This document shows positions 1 through 7,879 of a stretch of 21,106 nt of DNA, in pieces. A program made the position numbers and the translations under genes. Within the stretch, counting starts at the first letter, position 1. Every line of letters begins with the position of its first letter. The notes under the pieces are model-generated. The model saw only the letters and a list, made by a program, of their open reading frames with translations, was not told the origin of the DNA and did not search any database. This DNA comes from Clostridia bacterium (lineage in GTDB: Bacteria; Bacillota; Clostridia; Oscillospirales; Acutalibacteraceae): assembly GCA_017624735.1 (NCBI GenBank), contig JAGAMK010000052.1, positions 1-21,106 on the forward strand, written 5' to 3'.

Positions 1-65
1 ATGTTTGAATAAAACTCAAAATGTTCTTTTCTTTCCCAAGTATTTATATCAATTTCTTTTCTCAT
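1..65 (-). CDS. cat: 5' end (21 codons) of a type-A chloramphenicol O-acetyltransferase-like gene, truncated by the window edge
   Basis: Hand translation of the minus strand from ATG (65..63) gives MRKEIDINTWERKEHFEFYSN. This fits the conserved CAT N-terminal signature (ID-x3-W-x-RKEHF-x2-Y). GGAG at 77..74 lies 8 nt upstream. It is missing from the ORF track only because fewer than 60 aa fall in the window. Confidence 0.5.
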   Translation of the reverse strand, partial: MRKEIDINTWERKEHFEFYSN

Positions 66-264
66 ACAACCATCTCCGTAATAACTAATTTGTTTATATC
101 ATTATACCACACAAGTCCACTAAATTTCAATCTGTTACATACACCTGTTACTTCAAAAGTAGCAGGTGCTTTTTTTATGCCTAAAACCGTGAATTTGGGT
201 ATATGAATACTGCGTCACATTTTTCGCAGTACAACTAAAAATTTCAAGAAAGGAGGTACCCATT

Positions 265-660
265 ATGCAAACAATCAACCTTACCCTTAAGCAATTTGCA
301 GAAATCAAGACAATGATTAAAAGCCGATGCTGTAACTGTTATCAGGGCAACTGTCTGCTTCTTGATGACGGTGACACTCACACCTGTCCTCAGCTCATAA
401 CACCGAGCCATATTATCTGCAGATATTTTCTTGACTGTGTGTTGCCGAGTGATAAAGCCCTTATGAAAAGCGTTACGGGTCAGATACCTGCCGAAACGGT
501 TGTCTGTGCTTTATGCGGCAGGAAAACTGAACGGACGGGCAGAAATCAGAAGTTCTGTCCCGACTGTGCAAGGAAGAAACAGCGACAGAGAAATGCAGAA
601 TATATGTCTGCAAAAAGGTCACGGGTGGATGTTTATGATGTCCTGAAGCCGCCAAAATAA
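265..660 (+). CDS. Cysteine-rich 'VLP' family protein with C-terminal zinc-ribbon-like CxxC...CxxC; function unknown, typical first gene of clostridial mobilizable elements
   Basis: AAGGAGG at 250-256 precedes the ATG. The protein has CCNC and C-x-L-L-DDGD-x-H-x-C near the N-terminus, the 'DCVLPSD' VLP motif, then CALCGRK...CPDC and a basic tail. Confidence 0.7.
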   Translation: MQTINLTLKQFAEIKTMIKSRCCNCYQGNCLLLDDGDTHTCPQLITPSHIICRYFLDCVLPSDKALMKSVTGQIPAETVVCALCGRKTERTGRNQKFCPDCARKKQRQRNAEYMSAKRSRVDVYDVLKPPK

Positions 661-760
661 AGGCTTAAAAAGTGCAGAAGGACAGAAGCAATATACTTTT
701 ATGTTGTTGCGTTTTAAAACATCCACACACAATGGGTAAACATTTTACAACAAAAATCTG

Positions 761-916
761 AAACCCGAACAACCGAACAAATAGCTGTACAGCCCTGTGC
801 TATTGACTTATGCTGTTCGTATTTGTAGCGTACACTGTGGCACATTGTACGGATAAAACCCGAACAGATAAAAGCTTTGTGCTGTTGGTTTATGTGCGTA
901 TTGTACGGATGTTCGG
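761..916. repeat. Iteron-like short repeats upstream of the helicase gene: (A)ACCCGAACA/ACCGAACA at 761-771, 772-779 and 855-866; inverted TGTTCG(G) at 814-819 and 910-916; ATTGTACGGAT at 844-854 and 900-910
   Basis: Read directly from the sequence. The repeats cluster in the 285-nt non-coding gap between the Cys-rich gene and the SF3 ATPase gene. Confidence 0.45.
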
Positions 917-944
917 AAAATAAATCCATTAATGAGGTGAAAAT

Positions 945-2801
945 TTGGAAAACTATTTATATTATTCAGACCCGTTCTTTGCATATAACAACTCGCTGTA
1001 TATTGAAAGGACTATAAACGGTAAGCCGGTAAACATCAAGCTCAGTAATTTTCTTGCAAGAATAACCGAGGATGTTACCTGCACCAACGGAGCCGAGAAC
1101 GAAAGATTTCTTTCTATTGTCGGCACAGACGAGAAAGGTAATGACCTTCGCAAAATAACGGTACCCCTGAAAAACTTCGCACAGCTTGATTGGGCTCAGG
1201 AGCATTGGGGTATCAACTGCGTTATTGAATCAGGCTACGGCAACCGTGATAATCTTCGTCAGGCGATTCAGTCAACGGCAAAGTACGCAGAAGCAAAAAC
1301 TATTTACGGTACAACAGGCTGGTGGGAAACTGCAACGGGCTGGCAGTTCTGTATGCCGGGCAACAGCAACGCAGAGGTTGAGTTGTCGGAAAAGACAAAG
1401 GGTTATTCATTTAAAACTGATGCTGATGTAACAGAAACAATGAACCTGATGAAAGTCTTACCGTACTCCGTTGCACCTAAAAAGATTATGTTTCCTATGC
1501 TCGCTTACACATTAGTCAGTATACTCGGAACCTTTATGGCAAAGGCGGGTAAGGAAACTAAAACGGTTATTATGCTTTACGGTAAAACAGGCTCAATGAA
1601 AACAACGCTGTCACTTTTAATCAATTCCCTTTTCGGCAGGTTCAATGAAGACAATATCCCGATGAATTTCCGTGACACACCGAAAAGCATTCTGAACTAT
1701 TGCTTCACTCTTAAGGACTGTGCAGTTATCATTGACGATTATCATCCCGGCTCAGGCAGAGAGCAATCGGCACAGGATGCAACCACTCAGGCGCTCATAC
1801 GAGGAATATGTAACAGAGAAGCAAGAGGTGCTCTTGATAAAAGCGGAAGACAGAGAGCAGCCAAAAGACCGCAGTGTAATGTGATAATGACTGCAGAGTA
1901 TCTTCCTAATGTTGGTGAAAGCGGTGTTGCAAGATTTCTTTCTCTTGAGCTTAAGCCCGGTGACATTAACCTTAATGAGCTGACAAAGTATCAGAAGGAA
2001 GCAGAGGAAGGAACCTTATCACACTTTACTTTCCTTGCAACTGAAATGCTGAAGGCAAAATTTCTTGACAAAGAAAACGGAGTGAAAGAACTTTTAGAAA
2101 AACTCAAAAGAGGTTTTCTTTCTAACAGAAAGTTTTACAAAGCCAAAGCTGATGAAATGAATTTTCATATCAGACCGAGATTATGTGACGACCTTGCAAA
2201 TTTAAGAATCGGTTTTGAGCTTTACTGTGAAACTCTTTTGTACTATGAAGGCATCACCAATGAAATGAAAACAGCAATGTTAGATGAGCTTGATGAAATT
2301 TTATTAAGGCTCGCTGTGTCACAGCAGGCACTCACGGAAACGGAACAGCCGACAGAAATATTTATCCGTAAGCTTCGCTGTTTGATGGATGTGGGTAAAG
2401 TAAATCTTGTTGAGCGTATGGTAAGACCTATTGATATGCCGAGAAACCTTGTCGGTTATTATGACGATGAAAACTTTTATTTCGAATCTGATGCAGCTTA
2501 TGCGGCGGTAATAAAATCCTGTTACGATGTCGGTGAGCATTTCCCATTAACACAGAAGGCGTTAATCAAAGCTCTAAAGAATGAAGGTGTCAGTATCTGT
2601 TCGAAGGGAGAATGCACAAGAAATGTCAGAGTGTTCGGTACACCCAAAAGGCTTATTTGTATTTCAAAGGAAACATTTAATAAAAGCTTACCGCCCGAAG
2701 AAGAAACTGATGAAGACTTACCTTTTGGTCCCGGTAAGATAATAACTACTGAAGAAAGCGAGCCTGAACAGCTCGCCTTTTCTTATGCGGCAGGCAATTA
2801 A
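945..2801 (+). CDS. DUF927-like superfamily-3 helicase / P-loop ATPase, putative replication-initiation protein of the element
   Basis: TTG start with GAGGTG at 934-939. Walker A is 'GKTGSMKT' (nt 1581-1604) and Walker B is 'VIIDDY'. The N-terminal region resembles DUF927 proteins of integrative elements. I recognised no TOPRIM/primase motif. Confidence 0.65.
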   Translation: MENYLYYSDPFFAYNNSLYIERTINGKPVNIKLSNFLARITEDVTCTNGAENERFLSIVGTDEKGNDLRKITVPLKNFAQLDWAQEHWGINCVIESGYGNRDNLRQAIQSTAKYAEAKTIYGTTGWWETATGWQFCMPGNSNAEVELSEKTKGYSFKTDADVTETMNLMKVLPYSVAPKKIMFPMLAYTLVSILGTFMAKAGKETKTVIMLYGKTGSMKTTLSLLINSLFGRFNEDNIPMNFRDTPKSILNYCFTLKDCAVIIDDYHPGSGREQSAQDATTQALIRGICNREARGALDKSGRQRAAKRPQCNVIMTAEYLPNVGESGVARFLSLELKPGDINLNELTKYQKEAEEGTLSHFTFLATEMLKAKFLDKENGVKELLEKLKRGFLSNRKFYKAKADEMNFHIRPRLCDDLANLRIGFELYCETLLYYEGITNEMKTAMLDELDEILLRLAVSQQALTETEQPTEIFIRKLRCLMDVGKVNLVERMVRPIDMPRNLVGYYDDENFYFESDAAYAAVIKSCYDVGEHFPLTQKALIKALKNEGVSICSKGECTRNVRVFGTPKRLICISKETFNKSLPPEEETDEDLPFGPGKIITTEESEPEQLAFSYAAGN

Positions 2802-2833
2802 ACGAGGACAAACCAATGCTTACTATTACTTTT

Positions 2834-2902
2834 TGGATTTTGGTCCGAAGTTTAGCAAGCATTGGATTTGTATCCTCAAATCCGTAAAAACAGAGCGTTT
2901 TT
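2834..2902. promoter_or_regulatory. Candidate oriT / relaxosome binding region upstream of mobC-relaxase
   Basis: Direct repeat TGGATTT at 2835-2841 and 2863-2869. Inverted repeat GGATTTG(2864-2870)/CAAATCC(2877-2883). Second hairpin AAAAAC(2886-2891)/GTTTTT(2897-2902). The position immediately 5' of mobC is where oriT usually sits. No nick-site consensus was recognised. Confidence 0.3.
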
Positions 2903-2945
2903 ACCACCACACCCCAACACAAAAATCAAAGAAAGGAAAATTCTA

Positions 2946-3284
2946 ATGTCAAAACGAAAAAGAGAAATTGATTTTCATGTCTATCTAAGTGAAGAAGAAA
3001 ATGAAGTATTGAATAAATTTTGTAAGGTTATGAAAACTGACCGAAGCAAAATTATCAGAGCTATGATTTTAGGTACGAGGCTTGTTGAAGCTCCGCCTGT
3101 TGATTACAAACAATTTATCATTGAGCTTCGCCGAGTAGGTACTAATCTTAATCAGCTTACAGCCAAAGCTAATGCAATCGGTTTCATTGACCGTGCTGAA
3201 TGCAGAGAAGTTTTATCAGATATCCGTTCACTTGAATCGGATATCGCAAAATATTTTAAACCCGGCAAAGGGAGGTTTGTTTAA
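2946..3284 (+). CDS. mobC: MobC-family relaxosome accessory protein (ribbon-helix-helix type)
   Basis: Contains the MobC hallmark 'RRVGTNLNQLTAKAN'. Start moved to the internal ATG at 2946 (MSKRKREIDF...), which follows GAAAGGAAA. Its TAA stop overlaps the relaxase ATG (TAATG at 3282-3286). Confidence 0.8.
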   Translation: MSKRKREIDFHVYLSEEENEVLNKFCKVMKTDRSKIIRAMILGTRLVEAPPVDYKQFIIELRRVGTNLNQLTAKANAIGFIDRAECREVLSDIRSLESDIAKYFKPGKGRFV

Positions 3285-4747
3285 TGGCGGTTACAAGAAT
3301 ATGGCCGATAAAAAATAACATTCATCAGGTTGTGTCTTATGCTGCTAATAAAAGCAAAACTGATTTATCAAAATATTCTGACCTCGTTTCATCGCTTCAC
3401 TATGCCGCCGACAAGGATAAAACAAATCTTGAAAGTGAACAACGACTTCTTGTTGACGGTATTAACTGTGACCCTGACATTGCTGCACAGCAGATGATTG
3501 ATACAAAAGAAATGTATGGAAAGACGGGAGGCATTGTTGCCTATCACGCATATATTTCTTTCAAGCCTGGTGAAGTTTCACCTGAAGAAGCACAGCAGGT
3601 TGCAATGGAGGTTGCGAACAAAATGTGGGGAGCTGATTACGAAATGGTTGTTGCTACCCATCTCAATGCTAATTGTGTTCACTGTCATATCGTCATTAAT
3701 TCTGTTTCAATGACTGACGGAAGAAAGATGAATGAAGACAGAGCGATGTACCGACTGTTCAGAAAGACGAGTGATGAAATCTGTCTTGAGCACGGATTAT
3801 CTATTATTCAAAATCCTAAAGGCAAACGCATACCCTACAATGTTTACAAAGCAAAGCAGAAAGGTATCAAAACAAAATATGACTATATGCGTGAAGATAT
3901 TGATTACGCTATTCCGAGAAGCAGAAGCATAAAACAGTTTTTCAGAATAATGAGTCAGAAGGGTTATTGGTTTGATGACGGAAAGATAGCTTACCGTACC
4001 GACAAGCACGGAGTTAAGCTTTCAAATCTCGGCGATGATTACACCTATGAAAGTCTTTGGGATAGGATTAACCATCAGAGTCTTTATGAGGTGGATGAAA
4101 ATTTTTATAACTATACCCGTGCAAATAACTATCTTAAAAATCAAATCTTTGTTTTCAATTACAGAGGTTATGAGTTTAAAGAATCAGCAGAAAGCTACCG
4201 TCACCCTGAAAATTTCAGCAGAACTGTTTCAGATTTTTCAAAACTGATTGTGGGCGGTGCTGTACTCGGTGCACCTGTTGTTTCACTTTTCTTTCTTGCT
4301 CTCTTGTTTGTTGGAGCAATAGCAGAAAAGAATAACTGCAATCCTCATCCTTTCTCACCGAAGATGAAATACTCTGCACCGAGAATTGAGTTTATGAACA
4401 AGCAGATTGAGCTTGCAATCAACGAAAAGCTTTACGACTTTGCAGAGGTTGATAAATTCATTTCAAGAACAGATATTCGTATGGAGGAGCTTAAAACTCA
4501 GCGTAACAAAATTTACAACCAGATAAGAAGATGCAAAGACCCGACGGCTAAGGAAGACCTTATTGACCGTCGGGATTTTCTTACGTCTGAAATCGGCACA
4601 CTGCGTGAAAAGATTAACATTGCAAAACGAATTATCAAAGACAGACCGGGGCTTGAGGAAAGCCTTGAAGCGGAGAAAGCACTTATCCGTGAATGGTACT
4701 TCCCCGAAAGAGCACAGGTCAAAGAAAAACATTATGAAGGGAGGTAG
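3284..4747 (+). CDS. Relaxase/mobilisation nuclease (MobA/VirD2-type relaxase domain) with an internal hydrophobic segment and a coiled-coil C-terminus
   Basis: Histidine triad 'THLNANCVHCHIVINS' is typical of the Pfam Relaxase family. It is translationally coupled to mobC. A predicted TM-like stretch 'LIVGGAVLGAPVVSLFFLALLFVGAIA' lies at nt 4244-4324. Confidence 0.85.
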   Translation: MAVTRIWPIKNNIHQVVSYAANKSKTDLSKYSDLVSSLHYAADKDKTNLESEQRLLVDGINCDPDIAAQQMIDTKEMYGKTGGIVAYHAYISFKPGEVSPEEAQQVAMEVANKMWGADYEMVVATHLNANCVHCHIVINSVSMTDGRKMNEDRAMYRLFRKTSDEICLEHGLSIIQNPKGKRIPYNVYKAKQKGIKTKYDYMREDIDYAIPRSRSIKQFFRIMSQKGYWFDDGKIAYRTDKHGVKLSNLGDDYTYESLWDRINHQSLYEVDENFYNYTRANNYLKNQIFVFNYRGYEFKESAESYRHPENFSRTVSDFSKLIVGGAVLGAPVVSLFFLALLFVGAIAEKNNCNPHPFSPKMKYSAPRIEFMNKQIELAINEKLYDFAEVDKFISRTDIRMEELKTQRNKIYNQIRRCKDPTAKEDLIDRRDFLTSEIGTLREKINIAKRIIKDRPGLEESLEAEKALIREWYFPERAQVKEKHYEGR

Positions 4748-4752
4748 ATGCT

Positions 4753-4938
4753 ATGAATGCTGAAGAGCTTTGCAAGAAAATGCAGGAAGAGAAAAAGGCT
4801 GACAGTGAAAATTGTTATGAGAAAGAAATGTCATCAAGTGAATATTTTTCCAAGTATTCGGGTACACCTATGTACTCTGTCAGAAAACACTTACAGATTA
4901 TCAGAAATGAACAAAAAAAGTATAAAAGAAATTATTGA
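4753..4938 (+). CDS. Small hypothetical protein (61 aa), charged/lysine-rich
   Basis: The ATG is 6 nt after the relaxase stop and GGGAGG at 4739-4744 lies upstream. It stops just before the ParB-like gene's RBS. No recognisable motif. Confidence 0.4.
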   Translation: MNAEELCKKMQEEKKADSENCYEKEMSSSEYFSKYSGTPMYSVRKHLQIIRNEQKKYKRNY

Positions 4939-4956
4939 TTTTTATGGAGGTAAACT

Positions 4957-5799
4957 ATGTTTAATCAAAACATCAAATCACCGGTTAATATACCGGTATC
5001 AAAAATTCATCCCTTTGAGGGAAATCCCTACAAGGTGCTTGACAATGAGGAGATGAACTTTCTCATTGAAAGCATACAGCAGCAAGGTATTCTTACACCC
5101 ATTGTTGTAAGACCGTTGGAAAACACAAAAGATGAATATGAGGTTATAAGCGGACACCGACGCTTACACGCAACAGTTAAAGCAGGGATGAAAGAAGTCC
5201 CTGCTTTTATTTATGCCGTCACCCGTGACGAAGCGGCTATTATGCTTGTGGACAGCAATCTGCATAGAGAGCATATTCTTCCGTCGGAAAAGGCGTTTGC
5301 TTACAAATTGAAGCTTGAAGCAATGAAGCATCAGGGTATCACTTGTGGACAAGTTGGCCACAAGTCACGAGATGAAATTTCAGATACAGACAGCGGTAGA
5401 CAAATTCAACGTTATATTCGTCTGACTTATCTCATCCCCGAATTACTTGACCTTGTTGATGAAGAAAAAATCGCACTCACACCTGCGGTTGAGCTTTCAT
5501 ATCTCAATGAGGTGGAGCAGGCTGATTTGGTTGAAGAAATCTCTGCTTGTGATGCTACACCTAATTTATCTCAGGCGCAAAGGCTTCGTGCAATCAGCAG
5601 AGAGGAAGGTTTAACACCTGAGGATATAGGTGAAATATTGGCAGAGGAAAAGGCGAATCAGCGAGAGAAAATCAAAATCCCTGCTGAAAGAATACGAAAA
5701 TACTTTCCGAAAAGCTATACGACTGAACAGATTGAAGAAGCAATCATAAAAATCTGTGAGAGTAGATACAGAGCCCGTCAGGGCAGAGATGCGAGATAA
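4957..5799 (+). CDS. ParB/Srx N-terminal domain protein (ParB-like partition/nuclease family)
   Basis: GGAGG RBS. Motif 'VISGHRRLHA' (the GxxRxxA box) lies in a ParB N-terminal context: 'IHPFEGNPYKV...QQGILTPIVVRP'. Confidence 0.85.
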   Translation: MFNQNIKSPVNIPVSKIHPFEGNPYKVLDNEEMNFLIESIQQQGILTPIVVRPLENTKDEYEVISGHRRLHATVKAGMKEVPAFIYAVTRDEAAIMLVDSNLHREHILPSEKAFAYKLKLEAMKHQGITCGQVGHKSRDEISDTDSGRQIQRYIRLTYLIPELLDLVDEEKIALTPAVELSYLNEVEQADLVEEISACDATPNLSQAQRLRAISREEGLTPEDIGEILAEEKANQREKIKIPAERIRKYFPKSYTTEQIEEAIIKICESRYRARQGRDAR

Positions 5800-5812
5800 A
5801 GGAGGTTGAAAT

Positions 5813-6028
5813 ATGGGAGAAGAAAACAATAAGAAATATTATGTGCCTATATGGAAAAAGTCTAATCTTACCATAGAGGAGGCGGTTGCATATTCGGGTA
5901 TCGGCAGAGATAAGCTGCGTGATATGACGAGCAGAGAGGACTGTCCTTTTGTGTTATGGATAGGCAACAAAAGAATGATAAAAAGACGTGTATTTGACGC
6001 TTATATAGATAAAATGTACTCAATTTGA
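5813..6028 (+). CDS. Excisionase-family / HTH_17-type small DNA-binding protein, paralog 1
   Basis: AAGGAGG RBS. The pattern 'PIWKKSNLTIEEAVAYSGIGRDKLRDM...CPFVLWIGNKRMIKR' matches Xis/MerR-like HTH proteins that sit upstream of Tn916-type integrases. Confidence 0.75.
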   Translation: MGEENNKKYYVPIWKKSNLTIEEAVAYSGIGRDKLRDMTSREDCPFVLWIGNKRMIKRRVFDAYIDKMYSI

Positions 6029-6036
6029 TGTGTGCC

Positions 6037-6081
6037 GTGCGGTGAGAATCCACACATTGGTCTTGCCGCACTTTTTGTTTT
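6037..6081 (+). terminator. Rho-independent terminator between excisionase paralogs 1 and 2
   Basis: An 11-bp stem GTGCGGTGAGA(6037-6047)/TCTTGCCGCAC(6061-6071) includes two G-U pairs. The loop is 13 nt and is followed by TTTTTGTTTT. Confidence 0.6.
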
Positions 6082-6117
6082 ATGATTTATGTACACTTAT
6101 AAAAAGGAGGTACTTTT

Positions 6118-6321
6118 ATGAAAAAGGAACTTGTGCTCCCGGTATGGCAAAAAATGAATATTACTTTGGAGGAGGCTGCAGAGTATACGGGTATAGGCAA
6201 AACCAAGCTCAGAGAGCTATCTGACAAAGAAGATTGTCCTTTTGTGTTATGGAACGGAGCAAAGCGTCTTTTTAAACGCAAAAAGCTAGAAGAATACCTT
6301 GAAGAAACAAACTGCTTATAA
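6118..6321 (+). CDS. Excisionase-family HTH protein, paralog 2
   Basis: AAGGAGG RBS. 'PVWQKMNITLEEAAEYTGIGKTKLRELSDKEDCPFVLWNGAKRLFKR' aligns colinearly with paralogs 1 and 3. Confidence 0.75.
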   Translation: MKKELVLPVWQKMNITLEEAAEYTGIGKTKLRELSDKEDCPFVLWNGAKRLFKRKKLEEYLEETNCL

Positions 6322-6335
6322 CAGGAGGCCTAACA

Positions 6336-6566
6336 ATGAATAACAATAAAAATATTGAAACAGCAGTTAAAGAAAATGACGTTCCCATATGGGAAAAGAA
6401 CAGCCTAACCCTTGAAGAAGCGGCAGCTTATTCGGGGATAGGCAGAAACAAATTAAGAGAATTATCACAGCAGAAAAACTGTCCCTTTGCGGTATGGTTG
6501 GGCGGTAAGCTTTATATCGTAAGGGAAAAGCTTGATGATTTCACAGATAAACAATTTAAAATATAG
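6336..6566 (+). CDS. Excisionase-family HTH protein, paralog 3
   Basis: AGGAGG RBS. 'PIWEKNSLTLEEAAAYSGIGRNKLRELSQQKNCPFAVWLGGKLYIVRE'. Confidence 0.75.
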   Translation: MNNNKNIETAVKENDVPIWEKNSLTLEEAAAYSGIGRNKLRELSQQKNCPFAVWLGGKLYIVREKLDDFTDKQFKI

Positions 6567-6577
6567 GAGGAATTTTT

Positions 6578-7816
6578 ATGTCGACAACAAAAAGAAAAGA
6601 CAAATCAAGGGTTGTTCTCCGTAAGGGCGAATATCAGAGAGCTAACGGCACTTACAATTATTCATGGACTGATAGTAACGGCAAAAGACATTTCGTATAT
6701 GCAAAAACATTAGAGGAACTCAGAATAAAGGAAGAGCAGATAGAAAAAGACAAAAGTGACGGTATAAAGGCTGAGGCTAGATATACTACGCTGAATGACC
6801 TGTTCGATTTATGGAAAACACTGAAAAGAGGTCTTAAGGATAATACCTTTCAGAACTACACTTATATGTATGACACCTTCGTAAGACATGTTATCGGTGA
6901 TGAATTTGTAACGAAATTCAAGAAATCTGATATTAAACGTTTTTACAATTATCTTGCAGATGAAAGGTGCCTGAAAGGTTCTACCATAGACAGCGTTCAT
7001 ACTGTTCTACATCAGGTGTTTGATATGGCGGTTGATGATGACTATATACGAAGTAATCCTTCAGATAATGTATTGAAAGAACTGAAACAGACGCACTTAG
7101 CTAAAAGTGAAAAGCGAATGGCACTTACAAGGGCTGAACAGGACCTTTTTCTTGATTTTCTTAAAAACAGCAGAGTGTATAATCATTGGTATACTATTTT
7201 TGCGGTAATGATTGGCACAGGTCTCAGGGTAGGAGAGGTAACGGGCTTACGATGGTGTGATATTGATTTAGATAAGGGAATTATTGATATTAACCATACT
7301 CTTGTGTATTATTCTCATAGAAGCGAAAACAGTAAGCAAGGGTGTTATTTTAATGTGAATACACCTAAAACTGCCGCAAGTAACAGACAAGTGCCTATGC
7401 TTGATTTTGTAAAAGAAGCCTTTATTAAGGAAAAAGAGGTGCAGGAGCTACTTGATATAAAATGTGAAGCGATAATAGACGGCTATACAGATTTTATATT
7501 TGTTAACCGATTCGGTAATGTCCAGCATCAGGGTACGCTTAATAAGGCTATCAGAAGAATCATAAGGGACTGCAATGATGAGCAGTTTCTGAAAAGTGAT
7601 AATCCAAAGGTGCTTCTTCCTCATTTCAGTTGCCATTCTCTTCGTCACACCTTTACAACGAGAATGTGCGAAGCTGGGGTTAATGTGAAAGTGATACAGG
7701 ACACACTTGGACATACGGATGTTTCTACCACTCTTAACATTTATACCGATGTTACAAAGGAGTTGAAGAGGGTGGAATTTGAAGGCCTTGATAAGTTCTT
7801 TAAAAATGAGTCTTAA
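6578..7816 (+). CDS. int: Tyrosine recombinase / integrase, Tn916-type with N-terminal arm-binding domain
   Basis: GGAGG RBS. The N-terminus 'VLRKGEYQRANGTYNYSWTDSNGKRHFVYAKTLEELR' resembles the Tn916 Int arm-binding fold. Catalytic residues appear in 'GLRVGEV' (Arg), 'HSLRHTF' (HxxR) and 'LGHTDVSTTLNIYTDV' (His...Tyr). Confidence 0.9.
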   Translation: MSTTKRKDKSRVVLRKGEYQRANGTYNYSWTDSNGKRHFVYAKTLEELRIKEEQIEKDKSDGIKAEARYTTLNDLFDLWKTLKRGLKDNTFQNYTYMYDTFVRHVIGDEFVTKFKKSDIKRFYNYLADERCLKGSTIDSVHTVLHQVFDMAVDDDYIRSNPSDNVLKELKQTHLAKSEKRMALTRAEQDLFLDFLKNSRVYNHWYTIFAVMIGTGLRVGEVTGLRWCDIDLDKGIIDINHTLVYYSHRSENSKQGCYFNVNTPKTAASNRQVPMLDFVKEAFIKEKEVQELLDIKCEAIIDGYTDFIFVNRFGNVQHQGTLNKAIRRIIRDCNDEQFLKSDNPKVLLPHFSCHSLRHTFTTRMCEAGVNVKVIQDTLGHTDVSTTLNIYTDVTKELKRVEFEGLDKFFKNES

Positions 7817-7845
7817 TTGATTTTTTTGTATCTTTTTGATATAAT
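7817..7845 (+). promoter_or_regulatory. SigA/sigma70-type promoter for the orphan gene downstream of int
   Basis: TTGATT (7817-7822), a 17-nt spacer ending in TGA (extended -10-like), then TATAAT (7840-7845). AAGGAG at 7863-7868 and the ATG at 7880 follow. Confidence 0.55.
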
Positions 7846-7879
7846 TTAAATGCCACTAAAAGCAAGGAGTTAATGTATT

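Noticed and set aside
161-169. 9-mer TTCAAAAGT shared between the left intergenic region and 8615-8623, considered as an att core duplication
   Set aside because: A single shared 9-mer between two AT-rich regions of 200 and 380 nt is expected by chance, and the flanks do not extend the match.
21-206. 61-aa plus-strand ORF at the left edge
   Set aside because: It has no RBS and a low-complexity hydrophobic translation. It lies antisense to the far more convincing CAT-like start and its upstream region.
208-231. 7-bp inverted repeat TACTGCG/CGCAGTA upstream of the Cys-rich gene
   Set aside because: It is too short and isolated to assign as a terminator or operator. Noted only.
714-929. 71-aa minus-strand ORF in the gap before the helicase gene
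   Set aside because: It has no RBS and its Cys/His-rich odd composition is generated by the repeat field. The region is better explained as non-coding iterons or promoter.
2862-2945. N-terminal extension of the MobC ORF (start at 2862)
   Set aside because: The extension runs through the inverted repeats of the putative oriT and lacks an RBS. The internal ATG at 2946 gives a typical MobC length.
4757-5056. Alternative 99-aa ORF overlapping the small ORF and the ParB-like gene start
   Set aside because: It overlaps the well-supported ParB-like CDS by 100 nt in another frame and lacks an RBS. The 4753-4938 frame stops neatly before the ParB RBS.
6030-6224. 64-aa ORF spanning the xis1-xis2 gap
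   Set aside because: It reads through the terminator hairpin and overlaps xis paralog 2 out of frame, with no RBS.
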